Origin: an uncultured Candidatus Saccharimonas sp.
GTDB lineage: Bacteria; Patescibacteriota; Saccharimonadia; Saccharimonadales; Saccharimonadaceae
DNA: 52,067 nucleotides
Assembly (NCBI GenBank): GCA_964531915.1
Contig: CAZHFQ010000001.1
Location: 1 to 52,067 of the forward strand
Reading direction: 5' to 3'
This document shows, in pieces, positions 8,167-15,417 of the stretch. Position 1 is the first letter of the stretch. Each line of letters opens with the position of its first letter. Both the position numbers and the translations under genes were made by a program. Under the pieces are notes generated by a model that did no database searches, was not told the origin of the DNA, and saw nothing but the letters and a program-made list of their open reading frames with translations.

Positions 8167-8922
8167 CTATCTGGTAACCGTGAAGGCGCTTGTGTCACGC
8201 TTGAGTTTATCATATTGCCCGGGTTGACTTTGGAAGAAGCGTTTAATTAACTTAAGGTCTCTTTTAGATATTTTTCGCTCACCAGCTTTAATACTTATTA
8301 AATCAAGATTGTCTACACTAATTCGTGCATTAATACCCCTCTGTTTCGACAGAACATGAAAATGTGCAGGTTGGTGATCGCCGGGGAATATATCAATACT
8401 AAAATCTCCTATATTGCATACATTGTATTTGCGTACCGTCTCTTTGCCATTATCATCTAAATAATGTGAGTTTAAATAGGCATTTAGCGCTTCGCGTATT
8501 CCCATATTTTCTGGCTCGTTGAGAAGCATTTTCATATCGTTCAGCGCCGACAGTAGATCAACATTTATCAATTCTTTATACTGATCAAAATATGGGTTTA
8601 TTTCACCAATCTTATATTTTTGCCTTTGTTCGTCATTGTCAAAATGTACCGCAACTATGCCTACGGCGATTTCTCCGTCGTTCAGCTTAAAATCGACGGC
8701 GCTCAGAACAGCTCCTTGATCTCCCGCAGTTTCATCGTGGTTAAATCGCATTGGGAGTAACTTATTTTTTATTTGCCTAACGACATCAACCACCGCCTTT
8801 TTCGAAAAACGCTCCCCATGTTTATCTAAATGAGACGTCACAACGATCGCCACCTCAAAACGTTCGTCGTTATTTATAAACGGAAAACCAACACAGTGAG
8901 GATTTGCCACTAGATCATTCAT
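8167..8922 (-). CDS. Fusion protein: unknown N-terminal domain (~170 aa) plus C-terminal DUF4160
   Basis: The C-terminal IDIFPGDHQPAHFHVLSKQRGINARISVDNLDLIS...LKLIKRF matches the DUF4160 pattern (DHxPxHFHV). The N-terminal part (TSHLDKHGERFSKKAV...LPMRFNHDE...) has no secure match. Confidence 0.6.
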   Translation of the reverse strand: MNDLVANPHCVGFPFINNDERFEVAIVVTSHLDKHGERFSKKAVVDVVRQIKNKLLPMRFNHDETAGDQGAVLSAVDFKLNDGEIAVGIVAVHFDNDEQRQKYKIGEINPYFDQYKELINVDLLSALNDMKMLLNEPENMGIREALNAYLNSHYLDDNGKETVRKYNVCNIGDFSIDIFPGDHQPAHFHVLSKQRGINARISVDNLDLISIKAGERKISKRDLKLIKRFFQSQPGQYDKLKRDTSAFTVTR

Positions 8923-8924
8923 AC

Positions 8925-10199
8925 TTAATTGTTGTCTTTAAACATTGAAACGTACGGATGATTATACCAGTCTCCATATACTTCATGGACTAAATCCAGA
9001 TGCTTTTTAGTCATTTTATTCTCAATGTCGTCAAGGTATTCCAAAAAATCCTTCTTCCTGCTGAGAGAGAAAATATTATCCGAATAGCCGAGTTTAGTCC
9101 TTATTGGTTCGTCACAGAGTCTGGTTTGAAACTCATTGTCAATAAACATCGCGTCACAGTAAGGTAGCAATGAAGATATAAACTCCACATCATTTAATGT
9201 CCCTTTATTATAAGGCTTTTTTCTATCATTTGAAGCATCACGAGCCATAGAAGCATATAGCATTGATGATATTTTTATATGAGGGACTTCTTTTATTTGG
9301 GTTGAAAAATATTCATTTATTTTTATTGTCGCTTTCTTAGAGTCAAGCCCCTCGCTTTTTAGTATTTGGAACAGTTGGATAAGAGTAACCTCTCTTTCGG
9401 TAGGCAAAATACTCTCAAGAGAATATGGGTTTTTACGTCGATTATCTACCATTTGCTCTAGAAGCCCCCAAAAACTCTTACCTACTGCAGATTGCTCTTC
9501 CTGTAGCCAATAGTTGAACCCCTTGCCTTTTTCAGATTTCCATCTTTCAAAAAGAGGGAGTAGCACATCATCAATACCCTTTCGTTCAAGGATAATTTGA
9601 TTAACTAAATCTGAACCGTAATCCGGGAGGCTAACTGAAAAGATCAGCCTATCACTCCAATCACTGAGTCGACCGTATATTACTCTACTCACATCCAACA
9701 CTATCGTGTTCATGCCAAGCCACGACTTAAAGTCATTTTCAATCTGGAAACGCTGTATTGTCCCATTTGTATAAAATCTTATCCCATTAGAAAAATGCTC
9801 TGTGATACGCTTAAGAGCATCCCTGTTTTCAGCCGTAAGTGTTTCATCCCTATGGGTCGAAGACGAAGGACATACTATCAACTGCAGTTTTGATAACCTG
9901 TCTAACTTTTCAAATAAAGATTTATAAAATGAAGTGTCTGTACCAGATCTAACTCTAATGTTTGGATTTATTGATTTCATCATATTACTTAAAACGAACT
10001 GATCGAGATAAATAATCTTTCTTTTTAACTTTGGTAATTCATACCCTTGTGTATGCCAGCAAGCCCTACAACGACGTGTATAGCCTGCACCCACACTTAA
10101 TAAAACACCGTATTCATTTTTCCTACATTTTGGGCACTTCTTGTAAGGTGGCTTGATAAATATACGAGGATCAATTGTTATAGTCTTTTTATCACTCAC
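8925..10199 (-). CDS. Hypothetical protein with an N-terminal CxxC...CxxC zinc ribbon
   Basis: CPKCRKNEYGVLLSVGAGYTRRCRACWH is followed by ~370 aa with conserved-looking acidic motifs (IIYLDQF, STHRDET, CDAMFIDNEF). It lies 2 nt from the downstream gene, so they form an operon. Confidence 0.6.
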   Translation of the reverse strand: MSDKKTITIDPRIFIKPPYKKCPKCRKNEYGVLLSVGAGYTRRCRACWHTQGYELPKLKRKIIYLDQFVLSNMMKSINPNIRVRSGTDTSFYKSLFEKLDRLSKLQLIVCPSSSTHRDETLTAENRDALKRITEHFSNGIRFYTNGTIQRFQIENDFKSWLGMNTIVLDVSRVIYGRLSDWSDRLIFSVSLPDYGSDLVNQIILERKGIDDVLLPLFERWKSEKGKGFNYWLQEEQSAVGKSFWGLLEQMVDNRRKNPYSLESILPTEREVTLIQLFQILKSEGLDSKKATIKINEYFSTQIKEVPHIKISSMLYASMARDASNDRKKPYNKGTLNDVEFISSLLPYCDAMFIDNEFQTRLCDEPIRTKLGYSDNIFSLSRKKDFLEYLDDIENKMTKKHLDLVHEVYGDWYNHPYVSMFKDNN

Positions 10200-10253
10200 A
10201 ATACCCTAATATTACATCAGGGGTAGTTATAAATCTATCTATTCTGTCAAAAA

Positions 10254-11261
10254 CTAGTACCCAAGAGAGTCTCTAAAAAACTGTTGAACTTCGTCTGTCG
10301 TAAAAACATAATTAGACTCATCTTGTGGGTATCTAAGCTCGACAGGCTCCTGTAGCTCCTGAGGTGCAATATTATCCGCGTTCTTGCGCAATATCCACTT
10401 ATCATATAGTGATAACTGGCTCATAGCTATTTCTTTACTGGTTTTTTCTTGTGTTGCCTTTGCCTCTTCGTATTTAGAAATTATTGGGTTACACTTACTC
10501 CGAACGCCGTCCATAAACTTATTAGTCGTATCCTCTAATCTTTGTTCCTCCTCGTCAGTAATTTCAGAGTAAGTAGTTTTATAGTCATAATGGCTTAACT
10601 TAAACTCACCGATACGATAACTCATAGTAATCCACTCAACTCTGGTTGAGCCGTTTTCGACACTATATCTGCATTTATCATACTCATCGAAGTTCTTTTC
10701 CATATATGACACCGCCGAGCTGTTGTCGCTAAGAGACTCTGGGCTAACTGAACCTTTTATCCCATGTAAACCAGTTAATATAACCAAAATGACAATGATT
10801 GCAAGACCTATCGGCTTAAGGATTTCTGCTTTCATACCATCCCACTTCGTTGCAGGCTTACTGCTTACGTGTGTCTTCCGCCAAACAACTAGACCTATAA
10901 TACTTATTGTTTTTGGATGTTTACCATATTTATTCGCGTCTTCCTTTCCAGCTTCAAATAACAGCCATAGTCCAAGAATGAAGTTAACAAATGGTACAAA
11001 ATAACCGATTAACCACCAGCCACTCATGCCCAAGTCGTGCAGACGTCGTATAACGCAAAATGAATGATAAACCCACCATAAAAGAGCGATTAGGAAAAAC
11101 AATGGGCTGGACGATGTGTCGTCGAGACCGGAAAAACCAAACGTCCCCAATACTCCACATAACAACCCAAATAAGATCATCGTGACAAATAACGATACTA
11201 TTGATGTCAATATAAAAGTGGATCTATTAAATCGTCCTTCTTCTAAACCAAGTATTTTCAT
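10254..11261 (-). CDS. DUF805-family membrane protein with a C-terminal soluble extension
   Basis: The DUF805 hallmark is RRLHDLGMSGWWLIGYFVPFVNFILGLWLLFEAGKEDANKYG, set among several hydrophobic helices. An extra TM and a ~170-aa tail follow. A strong SD (AGAGGGGG) precedes the ATG. Confidence 0.7.
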   Translation of the reverse strand: MKILGLEEGRFNRSTFILTSIVSLFVTMILFGLLCGVLGTFGFSGLDDTSSSPLFFLIALLWWVYHSFCVIRRLHDLGMSGWWLIGYFVPFVNFILGLWLLFEAGKEDANKYGKHPKTISIIGLVVWRKTHVSSKPATKWDGMKAEILKPIGLAIIVILVILTGLHGIKGSVSPESLSDNSSAVSYMEKNFDEYDKCRYSVENGSTRVEWITMSYRIGEFKLSHYDYKTTYSEITDEEEQRLEDTTNKFMDGVRSKCNPIISKYEEAKATQEKTSKEIAMSQLSLYDKWILRKNADNIAPQELQEPVELRYPQDESNYVFTTDEVQQFFRDSLGY

Positions 11262-11294
11262 TTGAACCCCCTCTATCGTTTAGGACTGTCCAAT

Positions 11295-11321
11295 AAAAAA
11301 GGACAACCTCTCTAGGTTGTC
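11295..11321 (-). terminator. Intrinsic-terminator-like hairpin 34 nt upstream of the DUF805 gene start (possible attenuator)
   Basis: On the minus strand the sequence reads GACAACCT-AGAG-AGGTTGTC followed by C-TTTTTT. That is an 8-bp stem, a 4-nt loop and a U6 tail, lying inside a 550-nt ORF-free region. Confidence 0.45.
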
Positions 11322-11810
11322 TACACCATCACAAGATTTGCATCCTATGCTTTCGAGAAGTTGCCCATTTATGGATGCAAACTCATCGAAAATCGACTAG
11401 TTTTAATATTATGATGATGTAGACTATTCCATAATAACTTAAACAGAGGAGATATTAAACTACTGTCTATTGATAGGCTGCAAAAATATCATAAATCCGT
11501 AGACGACTTAGAGTGAGAGAGTGAATATAAGAAGAGGGGGTGGGGGGGTGTAATTGTGCGTGAATAGAACCGTAGTTGTTATGTGTAGATAAATAAAAAA
11601 AGGGGGTAGTTGCATGCACTACGACCAATTAACCCACTCCGACTAAATAGACCTGCAACGGTAGTAACTGTGGTGCATAAAGAACTTCATCTTCGACACT
11701 ATTTATACATATTTTGGTACAATTTTGTTCACCCAATACACATCCTAATACTACGTAAACCTAATTAGGTAATTATAATTATACCTTTTTGCTATATAAT
11801 AACCTCAGCT

Positions 11811-12554
11811 ATGGACCCAAAGCAGTTTCTTCATGAGCGGGATATTATGTATGTGGTTAACAAACTACACTCGGCTTATATAGAAATAGCTCCACCTTTC
11901 AAAAAACATACATACCGCCTGTCGGAAAACCGATCGATAGACGCCCCTTCCTTTAAAGAACAGCGCGAAATATTAAAATCGTTAAGAGAACAATCGATAA
12001 TTGAAGTGTCAAAATGTTTAAACAAATTAGATAAGCCGACCTCATTCGAAAAAGCATGGGTATACGAATACAAACGGACTAAAAATAACAAGCTTAAGGA
12101 TTATTACTGGGATTTGTTATTAAAGCGCCAAGAAGGTCTATATAACCACGATGCTTTGATAGAAAAAGGTACTCTTGTCCTACACATAGAGGGGCAATAC
12201 ATATACGTAGTGTACCCTTACCATGCTCTCCGTATTAATCGAAAACCTTTAAAAAATGGCGGGTTCCCCCAGATATTATTCGAACATTTGATAAATAAGT
12301 CCAATGGCGAAACGGTTACTCAAGAAAGTCTAGATTATACGACTTCACGCAGTTTTATCGATATTGTTAATAGTGTAGGTTTTACGGGGATTATACGCTC
12401 CAAGTTCATACCTGAGGTAACTAAAAAATCCATAAGACTGTTGCGCGAGGTCGAAATGAATGTAAAAGACTCTACTAAACTGTACCGACAATTGATCGAA
12501 GACCCTTTTAATAAAGAATTGTACGAAAACTACCTCGAGAATATAGATAACTAA
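11811..12554 (+). CDS. Hypothetical protein (island-borne, upstream of the recombinase)
   Basis: A 247-aa ORF with no motif I recognise, on the same strand as the recombinase module. Confidence 0.5.
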   Translation: MDPKQFLHERDIMYVVNKLHSAYIEIAPPFKKHTYRLSENRSIDAPSFKEQREILKSLREQSIIEVSKCLNKLDKPTSFEKAWVYEYKRTKNNKLKDYYWDLLLKRQEGLYNHDALIEKGTLVLHIEGQYIYVVYPYHALRINRKPLKNGGFPQILFEHLINKSNGETVTQESLDYTTSRSFIDIVNSVGFTGIIRSKFIPEVTKKSIRLLREVEMNVKDSTKLYRQLIEDPFNKELYENYLENIDN

Positions 12555-12618
12555 ACACGAATAACGCGATACAACTCGTTACGCGTCTTAGGGGTGGTTT
12601 ACAGGTTATTATCAATGC

Positions 12619-12933
12619 ATGGTCGATGACAATAAACTATACATGAATACAATCAAAGACGAGGCAAAGTCTAAGATTGATCCTTTTTATGAAGAGAAAA
12701 TAGCCTCATATTTATCAGATAAGTTAAATGCGGAAGATGAAATTAGTCTAAAGTATTACCGTATTCTTGCTCATCATTTGACTAAACCGCAAATCGATCG
12801 TTTAGTCGGCACAGCTGTGGAGCTTGGGAGAAACCCCGCTCGATACTTCTGTGTTATTAGCAAAATCGAGCTTGAAAAAGCAAGGTACAAAAGGAGGGGG
12901 TGTGAAAACCAACCAACTCTCGACCCTGATTGA
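12619..12933 (+). CDS. Hypothetical small protein (possible DNA-binding or recombination-directionality candidate)
   Basis: A 104-aa ORF immediately upstream of the recombinase. The C-terminal helical segment is LTKPQIDRLVGTAVELGRNPARYFCVISKIELEKAR. The functional guess rests on position only. Confidence 0.35.
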   Translation: MVDDNKLYMNTIKDEAKSKIDPFYEEKIASYLSDKLNAEDEISLKYYRILAHHLTKPQIDRLVGTAVELGRNPARYFCVISKIELEKARYKRRGCENQPTLDPD

Positions 12934-13033
12934 GTACTTTGAATTACTTATAAAGATTGAAGCCCAAGATGAGAAAGATGTATAATAGAAGGGCTCCCCA
13001 ATATATACGAGATATTTTTAATTTCTGCTCTTA

Positions 13034-13087
13034 ATGGGCGGTTGTGCCAGAAAGTCTTGTATTTTTTGGGGAGCCACAACCGTCCAT
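13034..13087. promoter_or_regulatory. Inverted repeat in front of the recombinase gene
   Basis: ATGGGCGGTTGTG (13034-13046) pairs with CACAACCGTCCAT (13075-13087) at 12 of 13 positions. A second pair is GGGCTCCCC (12991-12999) with GGGGAGCC (13068-13075). It ends 20 nt before the ATG at 13107. Confidence 0.35.
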
Positions 13088-13106
13088 TTTAAGTAGGAGA
13101 AGTTAT

Positions 13107-14576
13107 ATGAAAGCATTTTTAATAGCAAGAGTGTCCACCGATGAGCAGGCAAACTCACTCCCTGCACAAGTTTACAAACTTAAGGACTACGCTCTCCGTA
13201 ATGATTACAGCTACGAACTAACTGAGATAAAAGAAAGTGCCTATAAGGGCAGCCGCGAAGATTTTAAACTAATCATAGAAAAAATTAAGTCCTGTAGTGA
13301 ATTAGTTATTGTAGTATTCGATAAAGTTGATCGCTACACGCGCGATATTAGCTCAGACATCGTCAAGCAGCTCGAAACTTTATATCGTATGGGGAAAATT
13401 GAGCTTCACTTCCCATCAGACAACCTAACAATTACTAAAAACTCATCAGCTCCTGATTTGATGCGCCTAGGACTTGGTATGGTATTGGCAAAATATTACT
13501 CAGACGCAATAAGCGATAATGTAAAAAGGCGTAACGAACAAAAAAGACGCGATGGAGAATGGTGCGGTAGAGCGCCAATTGGTTACATTAATAAAGATAG
13601 GCCGGACGGTAAAAAATGGGTTGAGATTGATCCAATATACTCGCAAGCAGTCCGCGAAGCTTATGAATTATATGCGAGTGGCAATTCTTCATTACGCGAA
13701 ATCGCAAAAGAATGGAGTACCCAATGCGGGCACAAAGTAGGCTCTAGTAAAATAGAGCAAGTTCTCAAAAACCCATTCTATTACGGAGAAATGCGCATAA
13801 AAGGAGAGTTGTACCCCCATAAGTATGAGCGCCTAATAACCAGAGGCCTCTTCGAACAAGTTAAGGCAGTACGAGAGGGTTATTCCGTAAAGCCTCATCG
13901 TTGGGGCGGACTACCCTATTCATTTCGCGGTCTTATTTACTGTGCTGATTGTGGTTGTCGCATTACTTTCGAAAAAAAGAAAAAAGGTAAATATATTTAT
14001 GGGCATTGCACTCAAGCAAAAGGGAAACATAACGCGAAGTATGTGCCCGAAAATGAATTGATTAAACAGATGATGGTAATCTTCAAAAAGGTTCAGATAC
14101 CTGGATTGGCCTACCAACAGGTTAGCGAAGCCCTGCGTGCTTCTCATGAGGATAAAAAGCGCACATACCACGCTCAAGCGCGATCTATTGACACTGAAAT
14201 TAAAAAATATCAAACAAGGACAGAAAAGGTTTATGAAGATTATTTGGACGAGAAGATCTCCGAAGAGCTATATAACAAGAAGTTCGAGGAGTACCGATCA
14301 AAAGTTAAACTTCTTCAGGAACGCCGTTTAAATATCGAACTTACTGAAGATACTTACTACTCAAGTGTTTCCCATCTGTTAAATCTTGCAAAAGACGCAC
14401 CAAAGTTATTCATAAAGGCAAATCAAGAGCAAAAACGGTCAATGATCAATTTAGTACTTTCGAACTTACGGCTAGACGGTAATCAACTGAGGTGGGAATA
14501 CAAAAAGCCATTCGAAATGATGGCTTTTTGTAACAAATCTTCAAATTGGCTCCGGCGACTGGACTCGAACCAGTAA
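13107..14576 (+). CDS. Large serine recombinase (integrase)
   Basis: MKAFLIARVSTDEQ is the resolvase-type catalytic Ser motif, with DRYTRD, the recombinase domain (GRAPIGY) and a zinc ribbon (CADCGC...GHC) plus a coiled-coil C-terminus. An SD (AGGAGA) precedes ATG 13107, so the GTG 13044 extension in the track is unlikely. The last 30 nt overlap tRNA-Asn. Confidence 0.9.
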   Translation: MKAFLIARVSTDEQANSLPAQVYKLKDYALRNDYSYELTEIKESAYKGSREDFKLIIEKIKSCSELVIVVFDKVDRYTRDISSDIVKQLETLYRMGKIELHFPSDNLTITKNSSAPDLMRLGLGMVLAKYYSDAISDNVKRRNEQKRRDGEWCGRAPIGYINKDRPDGKKWVEIDPIYSQAVREAYELYASGNSSLREIAKEWSTQCGHKVGSSKIEQVLKNPFYYGEMRIKGELYPHKYERLITRGLFEQVKAVREGYSVKPHRWGGLPYSFRGLIYCADCGCRITFEKKKKGKYIYGHCTQAKGKHNAKYVPENELIKQMMVIFKKVQIPGLAYQQVSEALRASHEDKKRTYHAQARSIDTEIKKYQTRTEKVYEDYLDEKISEELYNKKFEEYRSKVKLLQERRLNIELTEDTYYSSVSHLLNLAKDAPKLFIKANQEQKRSMINLVLSNLRLDGNQLRWEYKKPFEMMAFCNKSSNWLRRLDSNQ

Positions 14577-14621
14577 CCTCGAAGTTAACAGCTTCTTGCT
14601 CCACCATTGAGCTACGCCGGA
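14547..14621 (-). tRNA. tRNA-Asn (anticodon GTT), CCA encoded
   Basis: Hand-folded cloverleaf: UCCGGCG-UA-GCUC-AAUGGUG-GAGC-A-AGAAG-CUGUUAA-CUUCG-AGGUU-ACUGG-UUCGAGU-CCAGU-CGCCGGA-G-CCA. It is 75 nt with a 7-bp acceptor stem, a canonical T-loop and a GUU anticodon. Confidence 0.9.
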
Positions 14622-14860
14622 ATAATTGTTTTTATGAACTCTCGCCCTCTACCTGATTTGAGACCTTTTTCTCTCTTCAGAGCTTCCGAACGAGTGGTAA
14701 CTAATTCTTCGTGTATTAGCTCCCATTCGCCAGGAAATCTTGATGTATATGATTTAAATGTATGATTATTATGCTTTATTAAACGTCTTTTTATATCATC
14801 GGTCTGACCAATGTAATACTTATTCGAAGTCTTATTGTAAATAACATACACGTGGTACAT
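14612..14860 (-). CDS. GIY-YIG nuclease superfamily protein (UPF0213/YhbQ-like, 82 aa)
   Basis: MYHVYVIYNKTSNKYYIGQTDDIKRRLIKHN...ALKREKGLKSGRGRE shows the GIY-YIG, R and E motifs. The ATG at 14860 is preceded by GGTGGAG. The TAG stop lies inside the tRNA (nt 8-10). Confidence 0.85.
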   Translation of the reverse strand: MYHVYVIYNKTSNKYYIGQTDDIKRRLIKHNNHTFKSYTSRFPGEWELIHEELVTTRSEALKREKGLKSGRGREFIKTIIPA

Positions 14861-14864
14861 ATTA

Positions 14865-14917
14865 TCTTGCTCCACCTTCGCCTTCGCTAGATAGCGAACG
14901 GCGAAGAGCTACGCCGG
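14865..14917 (-). repeat. Partial duplicate of the tRNA-Asn 5' portion (nt 2-13 and 17-28) interrupted by a 29-nt palindrome
   Basis: On the minus strand the sequence is CCGGCGTAGCTC-[TTCGCCGTTCGCTATCTAGCGAAGGCGAA]-GGTGGAGCAAGA. Both 12-mers are identical to the tRNA (14609-14620 and 14594-14605). Confidence 0.8.
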
Positions 14918-14942
14918 TCCGCTGTACAGCAGAACAATGGGT

Positions 14943-14971
14943 ATTATATCCCAAGACCCCTTGTAGGACAA
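14943..14971 (-). promoter_or_regulatory. Sigma70-like promoter upstream of the tRNA fragment/GIY-YIG/tRNA unit
   Basis: The minus strand reads TTGTCC, a 17-nt spacer, then TATAAT. It lies ~25 nt upstream of the duplicated tRNA 5' fragment. Confidence 0.5.
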
Positions 14972-14997
14972 CTCTGTTTATAGAAGGCAATGATTTA

Positions 14998-15333
14998 CTA
15001 AGACTTTTTGCCAAACATCGACATTAGTTTGCCAAAGAATCCAGATGGTTTTGGCTGTTCAGCTGCAGCCGGAGCTGTTTGGATTGGCTGCGGTTGCTCG
15101 TCAGCAACTGGTGGCTGGAAGGTTGCTACTGGCTGTGGTGGAATTGGTTCTGTTGAAACCGCTGGCTCTGCAGGCTGTGGATCGGATTGCGGTTGAGAAA
15201 ACCCGTCTACCATTGGCGCCGCTGGCTCTGTGGCCATCGAGTCTTGTGATGTTGGTGGTTCTGGTATTGGTGTTACTGGTGGTGGCGTTGCCCCCATGTT
15301 GTTTTCAGGAACGTCTTCATTGTTTGGTTGCAT
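14998..15333 (-). CDS. Pro/Gln-rich low-complexity hypothetical protein
   Basis: A 111-aa ORF that is visibly more GC-rich than its surroundings, with a C-terminal FFGKLMSMFGKKS. Both plus-strand ORFs across it look like composition artefacts. Confidence 0.45.
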   Translation of the reverse strand: MQPNNEDVPENNMGATPPPVTPIPEPPTSQDSMATEPAAPMVDGFSQPQSDPQPAEPAVSTEPIPPQPVATFQPPVADEQPQPIQTAPAAAEQPKPSGFFGKLMSMFGKKS

Positions 15334-15417
15334 ATATCCCCTTTTCTGATAGATTTAATGCCTGACTCTAATATAACAAAATAAACGTTAGAGTTATATA
15401 CATATTCTAAATATTCA

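Larger units (their letters stand above)
4760..14564. mobile_element. Putative integrative island (~9.8 kb) in tRNA-Asn with a large serine recombinase and defence cargo
   Basis: The recombinase gene abuts and overlaps the tRNA 3' end, and a displaced tRNA-end copy lies at the far boundary. Cargo is an AlbA_2 protein, an R-M system and a three-gene unknown operon. Boundaries are approximate. Confidence 0.55.

Noticed and set aside
4094-12900. Recurring G-rich motif (GGGGGTGG-like at ~4097, ~11536, ~12590 and ~12893) considered as a shared operator or recombination signal of the island
   Set aside because: The occurrences are short and differ in sequence, and some lie inside coding or SD contexts. 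Without genome-wide statistics this cannot be separated from chance.
13044-13106. A GTG-initiated 21-codon N-terminal extension of the recombinase ORF
   Set aside because: The ATG at 13107 has a good SD and yields the canonical MKAFLIARVSTDEQ resolvase start. The extension also overlaps the upstream inverted repeat.
15008-15365. Two plus-strand ORFs (62 and 106 aa) overlapping the Pro-rich gene
   Set aside because: They are antisense to a compositionally biased GC-rich segment and have repetitive Gly/Ala/Leu/Val-rich products. There is no SD and no recognisable motif, so they are most likely composition artefacts.
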